A stretch of 64,000 bases of DNA from Polyangiaceae bacterium (lineage in GTDB: Bacteria; Myxococcota_A; Polyangia; Polyangiales; Polyangiaceae): positions 45,845 to 109,844 of the forward strand of contig JBGANF010000009.1 in assembly GCA_044222475.1 (NCBI GenBank), read 5' to 3'. Each line of letters opens with the position of its first letter. The first letter of the stretch is position 1. The translations under genes were made by a program, and so were the position numbers. Below the pieces are notes generated by a model. That model was not told the origin of the DNA, searched no databases, and was given only the letters and a program-made list of their open reading frames with translations. Below are positions 27,243-37,217 of this stretch, piece after piece.

Positions 27243-28109
27243 ATGTCGCCGAGATTGATTCTCGTCATCGCGCCTCTCTTCATCCTCACCTTCCTCCTCG
27301 AGGCCTGGCTGCGAAAGCGCCGCGGCCTCCCGTTCGACACGCGCGACGGCTTCGTCAGCGTCATGAGCGGCGTCGGGTTCCTCGTCATCAACCTCGCGCT
27401 CTACGGCGCAATGTACGGCCTCACCGCCTTCATCTACGAGCACCGACTCTTCGATCTCGGCGACAGCTGGCCCGTCTGGGCGCTCGCCTTGGTGGTCGAC
27501 GACTTCAGCTTCTACTGGGCCCACCGGCTGTCGCACGAGATCCGGTTCTTCTGGGCCACCCACGAAGCTCATCACTCGAGCGAGCAGTACACCCTGACGA
27601 CCGCGCTCCGTCAGCCGTGGACCGAGCCCGTCGCGTTCCTCTTCTGGCTCCCGATGCCGCTGCTCGGCTTCTCGCCGGCGATGGTCTTCTTCGCTCACAC
27701 CGTGAGCCTCGTCTATCAGTACTGGATCCACACCGAGCTCATCGACAAGCTCGGCCCGCTCGAGTGGATCTTCAACACGCCGTCGCACCACCGCGTGCAC
27801 CACGGATCCAACGCGCGGTACATCGACAAGAACCACGGCGGGATCCTCATCGTGTGGGACCGCCTCTTCGGGACGTTCCAGCTCGAAGACGAGAAGGTCG
27901 TCTACGGCTTGACCAAGAAGCTCGAGAAGAACGAGATCGTCCACGTCGCTTTCCACGAGTGGAAGCACATCGCGCGCGACCTGCGCGCTGCCCGCACCTG
28001 GCGCGGCCGCGTCCGAGCCGTGTTCGGTCGCACCGGCACCGACTACCTCGCGTGCGAGCGGACCGCACCTTCGAGCAGGGTTTCTCTCGGTTCGAACGCT
28101 ACGGTTTAA
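27243..28109 (+). CDS. sterol desaturase / fatty acid hydroxylase family (alkylglycerol monooxygenase-like)
   Basis: His boxes YWAHRLSH, HEAHHSS, WIH, HHRVHH. Confidence 0.9.
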   Translation: MSPRLILVIAPLFILTFLLEAWLRKRRGLPFDTRDGFVSVMSGVGFLVINLALYGAMYGLTAFIYEHRLFDLGDSWPVWALALVVDDFSFYWAHRLSHEIRFFWATHEAHHSSEQYTLTTALRQPWTEPVAFLFWLPMPLLGFSPAMVFFAHTVSLVYQYWIHTELIDKLGPLEWIFNTPSHHRVHHGSNARYIDKNHGGILIVWDRLFGTFQLEDEKVVYGLTKKLEKNEIVHVAFHEWKHIARDLRAARTWRGRVRAVFGRTGTDYLACERTAPSSRVSLGSNATV

Positions 28110-28151
28110 TCGTCGCAGCGAGTGGCGTTCGGCTGGTATCTTCAGCGAGGA

Positions 28152-29188
28152 ATGGCTGAAGCGCCCAAGCCCCCTGCGCGTGCTGGAGCACCCGTCGCGG
28201 CCTCCGCCGCGACGACACCGAAGGCACCGGCCACCGCCCACCGAAGGCACCGGCCACCGCCGCGAAGGCACCGATGGCGCCCAAGGCACCGACCGCGCCG
28301 CGCGTGCCCGTGAATCCACAGCCGCGTCCGGTCGCACCGCTCGTGAGCGGCGCGCCGACGCCGGTTCGCGCGCCGGCTCCGTCGAACGTCGAGGCGCCGA
28401 AGATTCCCGCGCCAGCGTCGAGCGCGAAGCTCCCGGACGTCAGCGTCGACGAAGGCGACGAGGACGAGTGGGCCAGCACCGGCGACACGGAGGTCCACGA
28501 CGTCCCGGCCCGCGCCCCCGCCGCCGAGGTCGCGCGCACTCCCGATCCGCCGAAGGCCGCAGCTCCGGCGCCGGCTCCCTCGCCCGCGCCGGCGCCCGTC
28601 GCCGTGGCTGCGCCCGCGCCGGCACCTGCACCGGCGCCCGCACCGGTCGTCGCAGCGCCAGTCGCGAAGGACGAGCAAGCGGTCGCGTTGCGAAGGATCG
28701 CTCGCGAGGCGCTCGAAGAAGCGGTCGGCTCACTGCGAGCGAGCCAACGTGACCTCGAAGGTCGGTTGGCGAGGATGGAGCAGCGCCTCGAGGAGCTCTC
28801 GAGGCGTCCCGCGGCCGTCGCCGTCGCCCCCGCGCCGACGTTCGCTGCGCCGGCCGCCGCTCCCGCTCCCCCTCCCGCTCCCGCTCCCGCTCCGGTCCCC
28901 GCCGCAGTCGCACCGGCTCCCGCCCCGGTAGCCGTCCCGATCTCGATCGCGCCGCCGGCGATGGCGTCCAAGCCGCCGCCGCCGGGCCCCTCCGCGACCG
29001 ATCAGACCACCGCCGAGCTGATGCGCCTCGCGAACGCACCGGTCGACTCGGACTTCCTCCCCGGCGAGCTCGACATGGGCAAGCGCGCGCGCCGCATGCG
29101 CTGGTTCTTCGCGATCCTGCTCATCCTCGTCGTCGGCGGAATCGTCGGCGCTGCGATCGTCTCGAACTCCGTCAACGGACACAGCTGA
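28152..29188 (+). CDS. Pro/Ala-rich coiled-coil protein with C-terminal TM anchor; apparent 1-nt frameshift near 28240
   Basis: PKAPATA repeats continue across two frames (ATG 28152 frame, then 28274 frame); TM WFFAILLILVVGGIVGAAIV. Confidence 0.6.
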
Positions 29189-29197
29189 GCGCGAGGC

Positions 29198-29899
29198 TCA
29201 GCTCGTCGGGCCGGTGAGCCGGAGCAGATCGGCGGAGAGCGTCTCGCGCACGTACTGAATCGTTCTCTCGCGCATGGCGTTCTTGCTCTTCGCGTACGCG
29301 TCGCGTGACAGCGCCGCGAGCTTCGTCGCGTGCGCGGTCGCCACCGAGAGCAACGCATCGGGTGCTGCGACCTCGTCGAGGTAGCCGAAGTCGACCGCGG
29401 TGCGCGGCTCCGGCGTCTCGGCGAAGAGGGTCGCCCGTGCGAGATACTTCTTCTCGAGCCGGTCGCGCGCGATCTCCATCGCGAGGATGGGGATCGGCAT
29501 CCCGAGCTGGAGCTCGTTGAGGCCGATCTTGAACGGACCTTCGGCGCCGACCCGCACGTCACCGGTGAGGACGACCAGCGCGCCCCCGGCGAGCGCGTGA
29601 CCCGAGCACGCCACGACGAGGGGCAACGGATAGCCATACAGTCGGAGCAGGAAATCCGCGCCGCGACCGACGAGCTTCCGCGCGTTGTCGGCGCCGGACA
29701 TCATCTCCTTCAGATCGAAGCCGGCGCAGAATCGGCCGGCGCGCCCGGTGAGGACCAGCGCCGAAGCCTCGCGCTCGGCGCGGGCGAGCGCGGCCTCGAT
29801 CTCCTCCATCATCGCGTACGAGAGCGCGTTGGCCTTCCCGTCGTCGAGGGTGACGGTCGCGACGTTTCCCTGGAGCTCGTACCGAACGTTGGTCGTCAT
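29198..29899 (-). CDS. crotonase / enoyl-CoA hydratase-isomerase family
   Basis: DDGKANAL, FCAGFDL, GHALAGG, GLNE. Confidence 0.92.
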   Translation of the reverse strand: MTTNVRYELQGNVATVTLDDGKANALSYAMMEEIEAALARAEREASALVLTGRAGRFCAGFDLKEMMSGADNARKLVGRGADFLLRLYGYPLPLVVACSGHALAGGALVVLTGDVRVGAEGPFKIGLNELQLGMPIPILAMEIARDRLEKKYLARATLFAETPEPRTAVDFGYLDEVAAPDALLSVATAHATKLAALSRDAYAKSKNAMRERTIQYVRETLSADLLRLTGPTS

Positions 29900-31035
29900 G
29901 GGGCGGAGCGTACCTCAGGTTGCACGCCTTTCCATCCCAAGATGGTACCGACGACGAGCCCCACGAGGTACCCGTAGGGCAACCCCACCACGCACGCCGC
30001 GACGAGCATGCTGACCCAGATCGACCGGTCCTCGCTCGCGACGTCGCGCACCATGCTCATCAAGCCGACGGCTTCGACCACCAGGATCGCACCGAGGAGC
30101 GGCAACGGGAACACCCGCACGACCTCGGCGAACGCGCCGGGAAAGACGAGCCCGAGGACGAGGTACATCGACCCGTAGATCACCGGAGCCCCGCCGGTGC
30201 GGGCGCCGAACGCGTGCATCCCGACCATTCCCCCGCATCCGTGGCACACCGGCACGCCACCGAAGAGCGGGGCAACGAGGTTCATCAACCCGTACGTGAG
30301 CCCGATGCGCCGCACGGTCGGTGCGCGATCGGGGAAGAGATCGCGGCTCACCTGCGCCGTTCCGAGGACCGAGTTGCCGAGCGACAGCGGGATCTGCGGC
30401 AACGCGAGGAGCAGCGCGCCGCGCTTCCACTCGTCGCCGCTCGGCACGACGAGCTTCGGTGCGTGCGGACCGAGGCCGTGCGCGACGACCGTGAAGTCGA
30501 CGCGGGTGAGCAGAGCCCACGCCGCGCCGAGCCCCACGACGACGAGCGCAGCGGGGACCTTCTTCCACCTGCGCAGGACGAGCCACGCTCCGAGCACGAT
30601 GGCGAAGACGACGTAACCGCGCGCTCCGCCGTCGGCCGCGTAGTCCTTGAGCGCGAGAGTGGCCAGGGTGATGCCGAGCCCGAGCTGGATCCCGCGGATC
30701 GCCGCCTTGGGTACGATACGGGCGAGCCACGAGAGCGCTCCCGACGCGGCGAGGACGAGCATGGCACCGCCGATGACGAGCCCTCCGGCCGAGTACGTTC
30801 CGGCGGAGAGCTTCTGCGCGAGCATGATGGTCGCCATCGCCTTGAGCGGCTGCACCGGCATCGGCATGCCGTAGTAGAAGCCGGTCGCGATCTGCAGGAG
30901 CCCGTAGGCCACGCACACGCTCGCCGGGTCGAGGTGGCACACGGCGATGAGGCCGACGAGCAGCGGCAGGTCGGTGCCGAGGTCGCCGAAGGCTCCGGCG
31001 AGCTCGTGGCGATCGAAGCGAACCCGCGGCTCCAT
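29896..31035 (-). CDS. MOT1-type molybdate/sulfate transporter
   Basis: ELAGAFGDLGT, PMPVQPLKA, PQIPLSLGNS, PVCHGCGG, FGARTG. Confidence 0.85.
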   Translation of the reverse strand: MEPRVRFDRHELAGAFGDLGTDLPLLVGLIAVCHLDPASVCVAYGLLQIATGFYYGMPMPVQPLKAMATIMLAQKLSAGTYSAGGLVIGGAMLVLAASGALSWLARIVPKAAIRGIQLGLGITLATLALKDYAADGGARGYVVFAIVLGAWLVLRRWKKVPAALVVVGLGAAWALLTRVDFTVVAHGLGPHAPKLVVPSGDEWKRGALLLALPQIPLSLGNSVLGTAQVSRDLFPDRAPTVRRIGLTYGLMNLVAPLFGGVPVCHGCGGMVGMHAFGARTGGAPVIYGSMYLVLGLVFPGAFAEVVRVFPLPLLGAILVVEAVGLMSMVRDVASEDRSIWVSMLVAACVVGLPYGYLVGLVVGTILGWKGVQPEVRSAP

Positions 31036-31061
31036 GCGCCGCGTAGCCTAGCCCGGATTTT

Positions 31062-31739
31062 TCAGGCTCCAGTCTTCTTGATCAGCTCGACGTCGAGATC
31101 GATGGTGACCTCGTCACCGACGACGGCCCCGCCGGTCTCGATCGCCTTGTTCCACTTCAGCCCGAACTCCTGGCGGTTGATCTTCGCCGAGGCGTGGGCT
31201 CCGCGGTGGAAGGCACCGACGAACGGGTCCTTCGCCTCGGCCGGAATCGCGTCGACCGAGAGGACGACGCTCTTCGTCACGTCCTTGATCGTGAGGTCGC
31301 CGGTCACCTTGTAGCCGGCGCCGTCGCGCTCGACCTTGGTCGACGAGAAGGTCATCTTGGGGAACTTGGCGCTGTCGAAGAAGTCGGGGCTCGCCAGGTG
31401 CTTGTCGCGATCGACGTTCCGGGTGTCGATGCTCTGCGTGTCGACATCGACGGAGAGCTTGGATTTCGCGGGATCCTGCTCGTCGAGGTAGAGCGACCCG
31501 GTGAACTTCTGGAACGTACCCTTCACGTTCGAGACCATCATGTGCTTCACCGAGAAGCCCACGGTGGAGTGTGATGCGTCGAACTCGTACGTCGCCGGGG
31601 CGGCGTACGTCACTGGGGCGACGGCCGCGGTCGAGGCGGCGGGCTTGGCGGCGGACGAGGCCTTCGGGTCGTCGCACGCGGCGACGGCGAGGAGGAGAGG
31701 AAGAGCGGCGATGGCGAGGAGCGGGCGTTGGAGGTTCAT
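31062..31739 (-). CDS. YceI family lipoprotein
   Basis: lipobox VAAC; HSTVGFSVKHMMVSNVKG, RDKHLASPDFFD. Confidence 0.92.
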   Translation of the reverse strand: MNLQRPLLAIAALPLLLAVAACDDPKASSAAKPAASTAAVAPVTYAAPATYEFDASHSTVGFSVKHMMVSNVKGTFQKFTGSLYLDEQDPAKSKLSVDVDTQSIDTRNVDRDKHLASPDFFDSAKFPKMTFSSTKVERDGAGYKVTGDLTIKDVTKSVVLSVDAIPAEAKDPFVGAFHRGAHASAKINRQEFGLKWNKAIETGGAVVGDEVTIDLDVELIKKTGA

Positions 31740-31834
31740 GCCCGTTCAAGTAATCCCCACTTGGTACACGCGGTAGGCGCGTCCACCGAAAGCACTGTTC
31801 CCCTGCGGAGAACAATCGGCTCCGTCGTTCTCGA

Positions 31835-32191
31835 TCAGGGCCGCAGGAACTCGACCCAGCGGATGCGGCCGTCTCGCGCGGTGTAGCGGACGAGCACCTC
31901 TCCGCCGAGCTTCGCGCCGTCGCTTCGCCGGACCCGCGACCACTGCTCGTGCTCGACCACGTGCGGCCCGAGCGCGAGGCGTGCCGACACCGTCGCGGTG
32001 ACCGCGTCGTGCTCGGCGAACATCGCCCCATAGCCCTTGCGGAACTCGGCCATCCCGCGCTTCTGGACGGCACCGTCCTCACCCAGGACCTCCACCGCGT
32101 CGTGGAAGCACGCGCAGAACGCGTCGATGTCGGACCGGTTGTAGGCCTCGAGCTGGCGCGCGGCGAGCTCCAGAATTTCACTCTCGCTCAT
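31835..32191 (-). CDS. SnoaL-like/NTF2 protein
   Basis: QLEAYNRSDIDAFCACF, VVEHE. Confidence 0.8.
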   Translation of the reverse strand: MSESEILELAARQLEAYNRSDIDAFCACFHDAVEVLGEDGAVQKRGMAEFRKGYGAMFAEHDAVTATVSARLALGPHVVEHEQWSRVRRSDGAKLGGEVLVRYTARDGRIRWVEFLRP

Positions 32192-32213
32192 CTCTCCCCT
32201 GTAGCCTCACTTC

Positions 32214-33011
32214 GTGCCCGAGGGTGACTCGATCTTCCGCCTCGCGGCGAAGCTCCGCCCCTACCTCGTGGGGAAGGTGCTCGCCCGGGTCGCGTTCCCA
32301 CGAAAGGCGCTCGACGCCGAGCGGCTCCAAGGCAAGCGGGTCGCGAGCGTCGACGCGATGGGGAAGAACCTGCTGGTGCGGTGCGACGACGGCGTGACGC
32401 TCCACGCGCACCTGAGGCTGACCGGCCGATTTCGCGTCGTCCCACTATGGGACAAGCGAGGCGATCGCTCGGCGTCGGTGATCCTCGAGACCGATCGGGC
32501 GCGCGTCGTCGGCACCGACGTCCCCGTCGTCCGCGTCCTGAGCGCGGCCGAACTGCGACGCGATCCGCGCCTGCGCGCGCTCGGACCGGACCCGTTGAAG
32601 GACGACTTCGACGTCGAGCGAGCCATCGCGAACCTGCGCGGGCTTCGCGACAGCTCCATCGCCGAGGCGCTGCTCGACCAGCGCGCCCTCGCGGGGCTCG
32701 GCAACGTCTACAAGTGCGAGGTCCTCTTCCGCCGCAAGCTCGACCCCTTCACGCGCGTGGGCGCGATCGACGACGAGACGCTGCGCGCGCTCGTCACCGA
32801 CGCCGTCGATCTCCTCCGCTGGAACGCGAGGCGCCAGGCGCGCGGCTCGCGCGAGCGGCTGACTCGAACGAACGGCCCGCGGACCGCGGCCGGGCAGAGC
32901 GTCTACGGACGCGCGCGTCGCCCTTGCTTCGATTGCGGCACGGAGGTGAAGGCAGCGGCGCAGGGCGGTCGGACGACGTACTGGTGTCCGACCTGTCAGC
33001 CGCAGCGCTAG
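32214..33011 (+). CDS. Fpg/Nei family DNA glycosylase
   Basis: N-terminal PEG, GKNL, HL.LTG, LLDQ..LAGLGNVY, C-terminal CxxC..CPTCQ zinc finger. Confidence 0.93.
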   Translation: MPEGDSIFRLAAKLRPYLVGKVLARVAFPRKALDAERLQGKRVASVDAMGKNLLVRCDDGVTLHAHLRLTGRFRVVPLWDKRGDRSASVILETDRARVVGTDVPVVRVLSAAELRRDPRLRALGPDPLKDDFDVERAIANLRGLRDSSIAEALLDQRALAGLGNVYKCEVLFRRKLDPFTRVGAIDDETLRALVTDAVDLLRWNARRQARGSRERLTRTNGPRTAAGQSVYGRARRPCFDCGTEVKAAAQGGRTTYWCPTCQPQR

Positions 33012-34231
33012 ACGTAGTCCGCCACCCACGGCGCCGGACCGGCGAAGCAAGCTTCGAGAGCGCGAGCGCTGTTCGGATCGCCCCTCATGTACCCGAGCGC
33101 CGCCGCCTGCGATCCGCTGAGGTACCCGGTGTACATCGCCGAGAGCCCGCGCACGTCGAGCTGGACGAGCCCTGCCCCGCCGGGCTCCACCGTTGCCACG
33201 CCGCCCTGGACGCGAACGAGAAACTTCTGATCGCGCTCTTGGAGGATGTCGTCCTTCACCAGGAGGTGAATCGTCGCGTCGACTGGCGGATAGCCGCGCG
33301 TCTCGAGCGCCTTCTTCACGTCGACGATGCGGAACATGAATCGATCGCGTCGCTCGGTCTGGGCGGTCTGCTGGTTGTCGAGCCCGATGATCAGCGGATC
33401 GGTCGGGCCCGTCACCATGCGCACGCGATCGATGGTCGACCGGTAGCGCGCGAAGAACGCGCGCGCGCTGCGGGCGGCGCCGACCGTCGCGATCGCGCGA
33501 TCGCGCACGACGAGCGTGCCGTAGTGGGGCGTCGCGCCCTTCTCGATGTGGACGACGACGTAGCCCTCGGGATCCTCGTGCGGCCCGAACACGTACGCGA
33601 AGAGGTCGATGTCCTGCGTCGGACGAAGCACGCGGTCCCAAAGCCACGGATTCCGGTGGAAGAGGCCCTGCGTCCGCGGTGCGAGAGCCTCGTAGAGGAT
33701 CTTGAGGATCGGATCGCCGAGCGCGACCTCACGCACCGGGAGGTTCTCGATCAGCGCTTCGATCTCTCCGGTGCCACCCATGGCGGTGAAGGAGCGCGGC
33801 GCGCGATCGAACTCGTGCATCGGGATCGACACGACCTCGTACGAGCCGGCCTGCTCGAAGCCCGCCTTGCGGTAGAGCCGCTGCGTCGCGGGAAAGAGCA
33901 TCGCCGTCGGGATCCCTTGCGCGCGCAGCTCGAGCAGCGCATGGCGCATCAGTCGCTCGGCGATCTGCTTGCCGCGCGCCTCCGGCGCGATGGCCACGCC
34001 GCGGAACGCGCCGGTCGGGACGGCCTTTCCGCCGAAGTACTGCGCGAGCGGCGGGACCAGACAACCGCCAGCGAGAAACGACCCCTCGAAGGCGAGCCAG
34101 AGGTGCTCGTACCCCTCGCGCTCCATCCATGCCTCTGCTTGGGAGACGGGGACGAGCAGAGCGGGACACGCGAGGCGGAAGAATCGCAACGCCTCGTCGC
34201 GATCCTTGGGTGCACGAAAGGAGAGTTCCAC
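33008..34231 (-). CDS. Eis-like GNAT acetyltransferase with SCP2 domain
   Basis: GVAIAPEARGKQIA, LYRKAGFE, MFRIVDVKKALETRGY. Confidence 0.85.
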   Translation of the reverse strand: MELSFRAPKDRDEALRFFRLACPALLVPVSQAEAWMEREGYEHLWLAFEGSFLAGGCLVPPLAQYFGGKAVPTGAFRGVAIAPEARGKQIAERLMRHALLELRAQGIPTAMLFPATQRLYRKAGFEQAGSYEVVSIPMHEFDRAPRSFTAMGGTGEIEALIENLPVREVALGDPILKILYEALAPRTQGLFHRNPWLWDRVLRPTQDIDLFAYVFGPHEDPEGYVVVHIEKGATPHYGTLVVRDRAIATVGAARSARAFFARYRSTIDRVRMVTGPTDPLIIGLDNQQTAQTERRDRFMFRIVDVKKALETRGYPPVDATIHLLVKDDILQERDQKFLVRVQGGVATVEPGGAGLVQLDVRGLSAMYTGYLSGSQAAALGYMRGDPNSARALEACFAGPAPWVADYV

Positions 34232-34267
34232 GGTGACGCGAGTCTATCCGTCCCCTAAACTCCCAGC

Positions 34268-35062
34268 GTGGAGAATCGCTACCTCCGCCGCGTCGGTACG
34301 CGCGAGTTCACGCTCAAGCCCTACGCCGGCCTCATCGGCTTCTTCGGTGGGGTGATGATGTTCTATGGGTTCGCCAAGGCCCCGGCGTTCCTCATCGCCG
34401 GGCCAATCTTCCTCGTAGTGGCGCTGGCGCTCTACGTCGCGCACACTTCGCGGCCCTCGGCCGTCGAGCTTCGCCTGCTCGTCGACACGGGCAACGTCGA
34501 CGAAGCGATGATCCACGTCCTCAGTCAGCTGAACAGCACCGGCGATTCGGATCGCAAGGCCGAGCTCATGCTCTTGCTCGGGCGCTGCGCCGAGCTTCTC
34601 GGCGACTTCGACGAGGCGGGCGGGGTGTACGAGGCGGCGCTCGCGCGCGCCAGCGGCGACGCGATCGACGAGCTGCGGGACCGCCGCGCGTTCTGTCTCG
34701 CCGCGGCAGGCAACGTCGAAGAAGCGCGAAACCTCCTCGGCGCCGCGCCGGACCGAAAGCGGCCGTTTCGCGAGAACGACGTGACCCGGCGCCCCCTCGA
34801 GGTTCGCGCGCGGTGCATCACTGCGTTTCGTTCGGGTGAGCACACCACCGTGCTCGATCTCGTCGAGCGCTCGCGGGCCGTGGTCGAGACGGAGCTCTTG
34901 CCGATCGATCGCTCGCTCGTCTTCGCGCTCGAGCACGTCGCCGCGGCGTCGCTCGGTCGCACCGGGGCCCGACTCGCCCCCCTCGACGCCGCGACGACCA
35001 CCTGGGTCGGTCGCTTCATCCCGAGCATTGGAAGGTACATCGATGGTCGAGCTTCGGAGTAG
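34268..35062 (+). CDS. hypothetical membrane protein with TPR-like helices
   Basis: two N-terminal TM helices; LLGRCAELLGDFDEAGGVYEAAL. Confidence 0.65.
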   Translation: MENRYLRRVGTREFTLKPYAGLIGFFGGVMMFYGFAKAPAFLIAGPIFLVVALALYVAHTSRPSAVELRLLVDTGNVDEAMIHVLSQLNSTGDSDRKAELMLLLGRCAELLGDFDEAGGVYEAALARASGDAIDELRDRRAFCLAAAGNVEEARNLLGAAPDRKRPFRENDVTRRPLEVRARCITAFRSGEHTTVLDLVERSRAVVETELLPIDRSLVFALEHVAAASLGRTGARLAPLDAATTTWVGRFIPSIGRYIDGRASE

Positions 35063-36308
35063 GCACGCATGGTTCGTGGTCGCGACGGCGCTGGCCGCGT
35101 GCTCGTTCTCGGATCCGCCGCCGGTCGATCCCGACGCCGGATCGGCCGACGCCGGCGGCGACGTCGCGATCCCGTGCCCGGGAGCCGGCGTCAGCAAGGG
35201 CCCGTGGGTGATCGGCGTCCACGGAACGGCGGCGACGATCCGGTTCGAGGCGTGTCGCGCCGGCGTCCTCGGCGACATCGTGCTCGAGCCGGAGGCCGGC
35301 GGGGCGCCGCAGACCGTGCCGACCAAGGAGACCGCGACGGTGGTCACGCAGACCTTCGTCGCGCCGTTCAACCCCGACGCGCCGCCCGACTACGCAGGGA
35401 CTTGGTACATGCACGAAGCCGCGCTGACCGGGCTGGCCGAGGCGACGTGCTACCGCTACACGCTCGCCGCCGACGCCACCGCGAAGGGGCGCTTCTGCAC
35501 CGCGCGAAAGTCGGGCGACACGTTCAAGGTCCTCGCGATCGGTGACACGAACCCGGGCCTCGGTGACACGACGTCGAAGCTGCTCGAGCACCTCGTGCCG
35601 GAGAATTTCGACTTCACGATCCACCTAGGAGACATCGAGTACTACGCGTCGACGCTCGAGACGTGGGCGCTCTGGGCGCCGAAGATGGCGCCGATGCTCC
35701 GCCAGGGCGCGTTCTTTCCGTCGATCGGAAACCACGAATCCGAGAAGCCGACGGAGTACTCGGAGTACGTCTTGCGGTACTTCGGGAGCACGGGTTTGCC
35801 AGGGAGCGATGGCACGTACCGCTTCTCGAGCGGTGGCGTGCACTTCTTCGTGCTCGACACCGAAGAGCCGATCGGCCCGGCGTCGACGCAAGCGGCGTGG
35901 TTCGCTCAGGAGATCGTCAAGGCCGAACAGGAGCCGGGGTATCGCTTCTCGATCGTCTACTACCACCGGCCGATCGTGAGCTGCGGCGACGTGAGCGACA
36001 GCCCCGAGTCCCGGCAGTACTACGAGCCCCTCTTCATCCAGCACAAAGTGAAGATGGTCTTGCAGGGCCACATGCACGGCTACGAGCGCTTCGACTTCGG
36101 GAACATCGTCTACGTGACGAGCGGTGGCGGAGGCGGACGCATCGTCGACCCGAGCCAACACATGGAGCGTCCGTACTGCAACAAGCGCGTGGCGGCGGGG
36201 CCCATCTTCCACGGGACGATCCTCGAGGTGAAGCCAGGCGCGCTCGACGGGAAGATCATCGACGAGACCGGCGCGGTCAGGGATACGTACTCGATCCCGG
36301 CGCCGTGA
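35043..36308 (+). CDS. purple acid phosphatase-like metallophosphoesterase lipoprotein
   Basis: lipobox LAAC; GD, GDIEY, GNHE, GHMHGYER. Confidence 0.88.
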   Translation: MVELRSRHAWFVVATALAACSFSDPPPVDPDAGSADAGGDVAIPCPGAGVSKGPWVIGVHGTAATIRFEACRAGVLGDIVLEPEAGGAPQTVPTKETATVVTQTFVAPFNPDAPPDYAGTWYMHEAALTGLAEATCYRYTLAADATAKGRFCTARKSGDTFKVLAIGDTNPGLGDTTSKLLEHLVPENFDFTIHLGDIEYYASTLETWALWAPKMAPMLRQGAFFPSIGNHESEKPTEYSEYVLRYFGSTGLPGSDGTYRFSSGGVHFFVLDTEEPIGPASTQAAWFAQEIVKAEQEPGYRFSIVYYHRPIVSCGDVSDSPESRQYYEPLFIQHKVKMVLQGHMHGYERFDFGNIVYVTSGGGGGRIVDPSQHMERPYCNKRVAAGPIFHGTILEVKPGALDGKIIDETGAVRDTYSIPAP

Positions 36309-37110
36309 CGCACGTCAGGCGTTCCGTGCTCATCCCAGGTTGGGACGACTGCGTGAACACCGTCGGATCGAGCGAGGGGTTCACCACGACCTTCGTCGTC
36401 CGAATGAGGATGTCCTCGCCGGCCAGCGGCACCGAGAGGTGGACGCTCCTCGGGATCTCGGCGTCGTCGCATCGATCCCCGGTCGCTGCGGGCGCAGGCT
36501 GCGGGTCGGCCAGCTCCGCGTCGTAGAGCGTCGCGCCCTGCTGCTCGACGTGCACGCGCGCGACCCGCAGGCGCTGGTTCGTCCAAGGCTGGAGCTCGAT
36601 CTCCTCGCGCGAGCCGTTCGTTCCGTCGATGCCGACCAGGTAGCGTCCGCTCGACCACCGCAGCGTGGGTGGCGACGAGTGAACGAGCACGGGTGCGTGT
36701 CCGAGCAGCAGCGTCACGAGCACCGCCGGAGGGACCGCGATCTTCGCGACGTTCGCGAAGCCGCATGCGTTCGCTGGTCCACTCGTGAAGCGACCCTGCC
36801 GAAGGTCGCTCGACGCGAGGGTCGTCCCGTCCGACGTGATCACCGCCGCGACGTCTCCCGCCACCGGCGTCTTCGCGTCGAGCCGAAACCGCGACGGCGA
36901 TGCGGCGAGCATCATCACGTCGGTGCGGACGCGCTGGCCGTTCCCGAACGCATCGACCTTCGCCTCGTCGATCTGGACCCCCGCGGTGCAACCGTAGCTC
37001 GCGCGCATGCGGTCGATCGCGGCCTGCCCATCGGGAAGCCTCGACGGCGGAGCGCCTCCGCACCCAGTGACGATGCCCGCCAGCCCGACTGCCATGTGGA
37101 GACCGCGCAT
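36277..37110 (-). CDS. hypothetical lipoprotein (LolA/DUF4292-like fold possible)
   Basis: lipobox VTGC; beta-rich mature region; start uncertain. Confidence 0.6.
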   Translation of the reverse strand: MRGLHMAVGLAGIVTGCGGAPPSRLPDGQAAIDRMRASYGCTAGVQIDEAKVDAFGNGQRVRTDVMMLAASPSRFRLDAKTPVAGDVAAVITSDGTTLASSDLRQGRFTSGPANACGFANVAKIAVPPAVLVTLLLGHAPVLVHSSPPTLRWSSGRYLVGIDGTNGSREEIELQPWTNQRLRVARVHVEQQGATLYDAELADPQPAPAATGDRCDDAEIPRSVHLSVPLAGEDILIRTTKVVVNPSLDPTVFTQSSQPGMSTERLTCVTAPGSSTYP

Positions 37111-37217
37111 GCCTTTTCTCAACCGGAGCCCGCGCCGATTGTTCCGAGAGCCAGCCCTCTTCTTTCGCTCACGTCTTGCACAGCCGAACCGAATGAGGCA
37201 GATCTGCGCGCTCCGCG

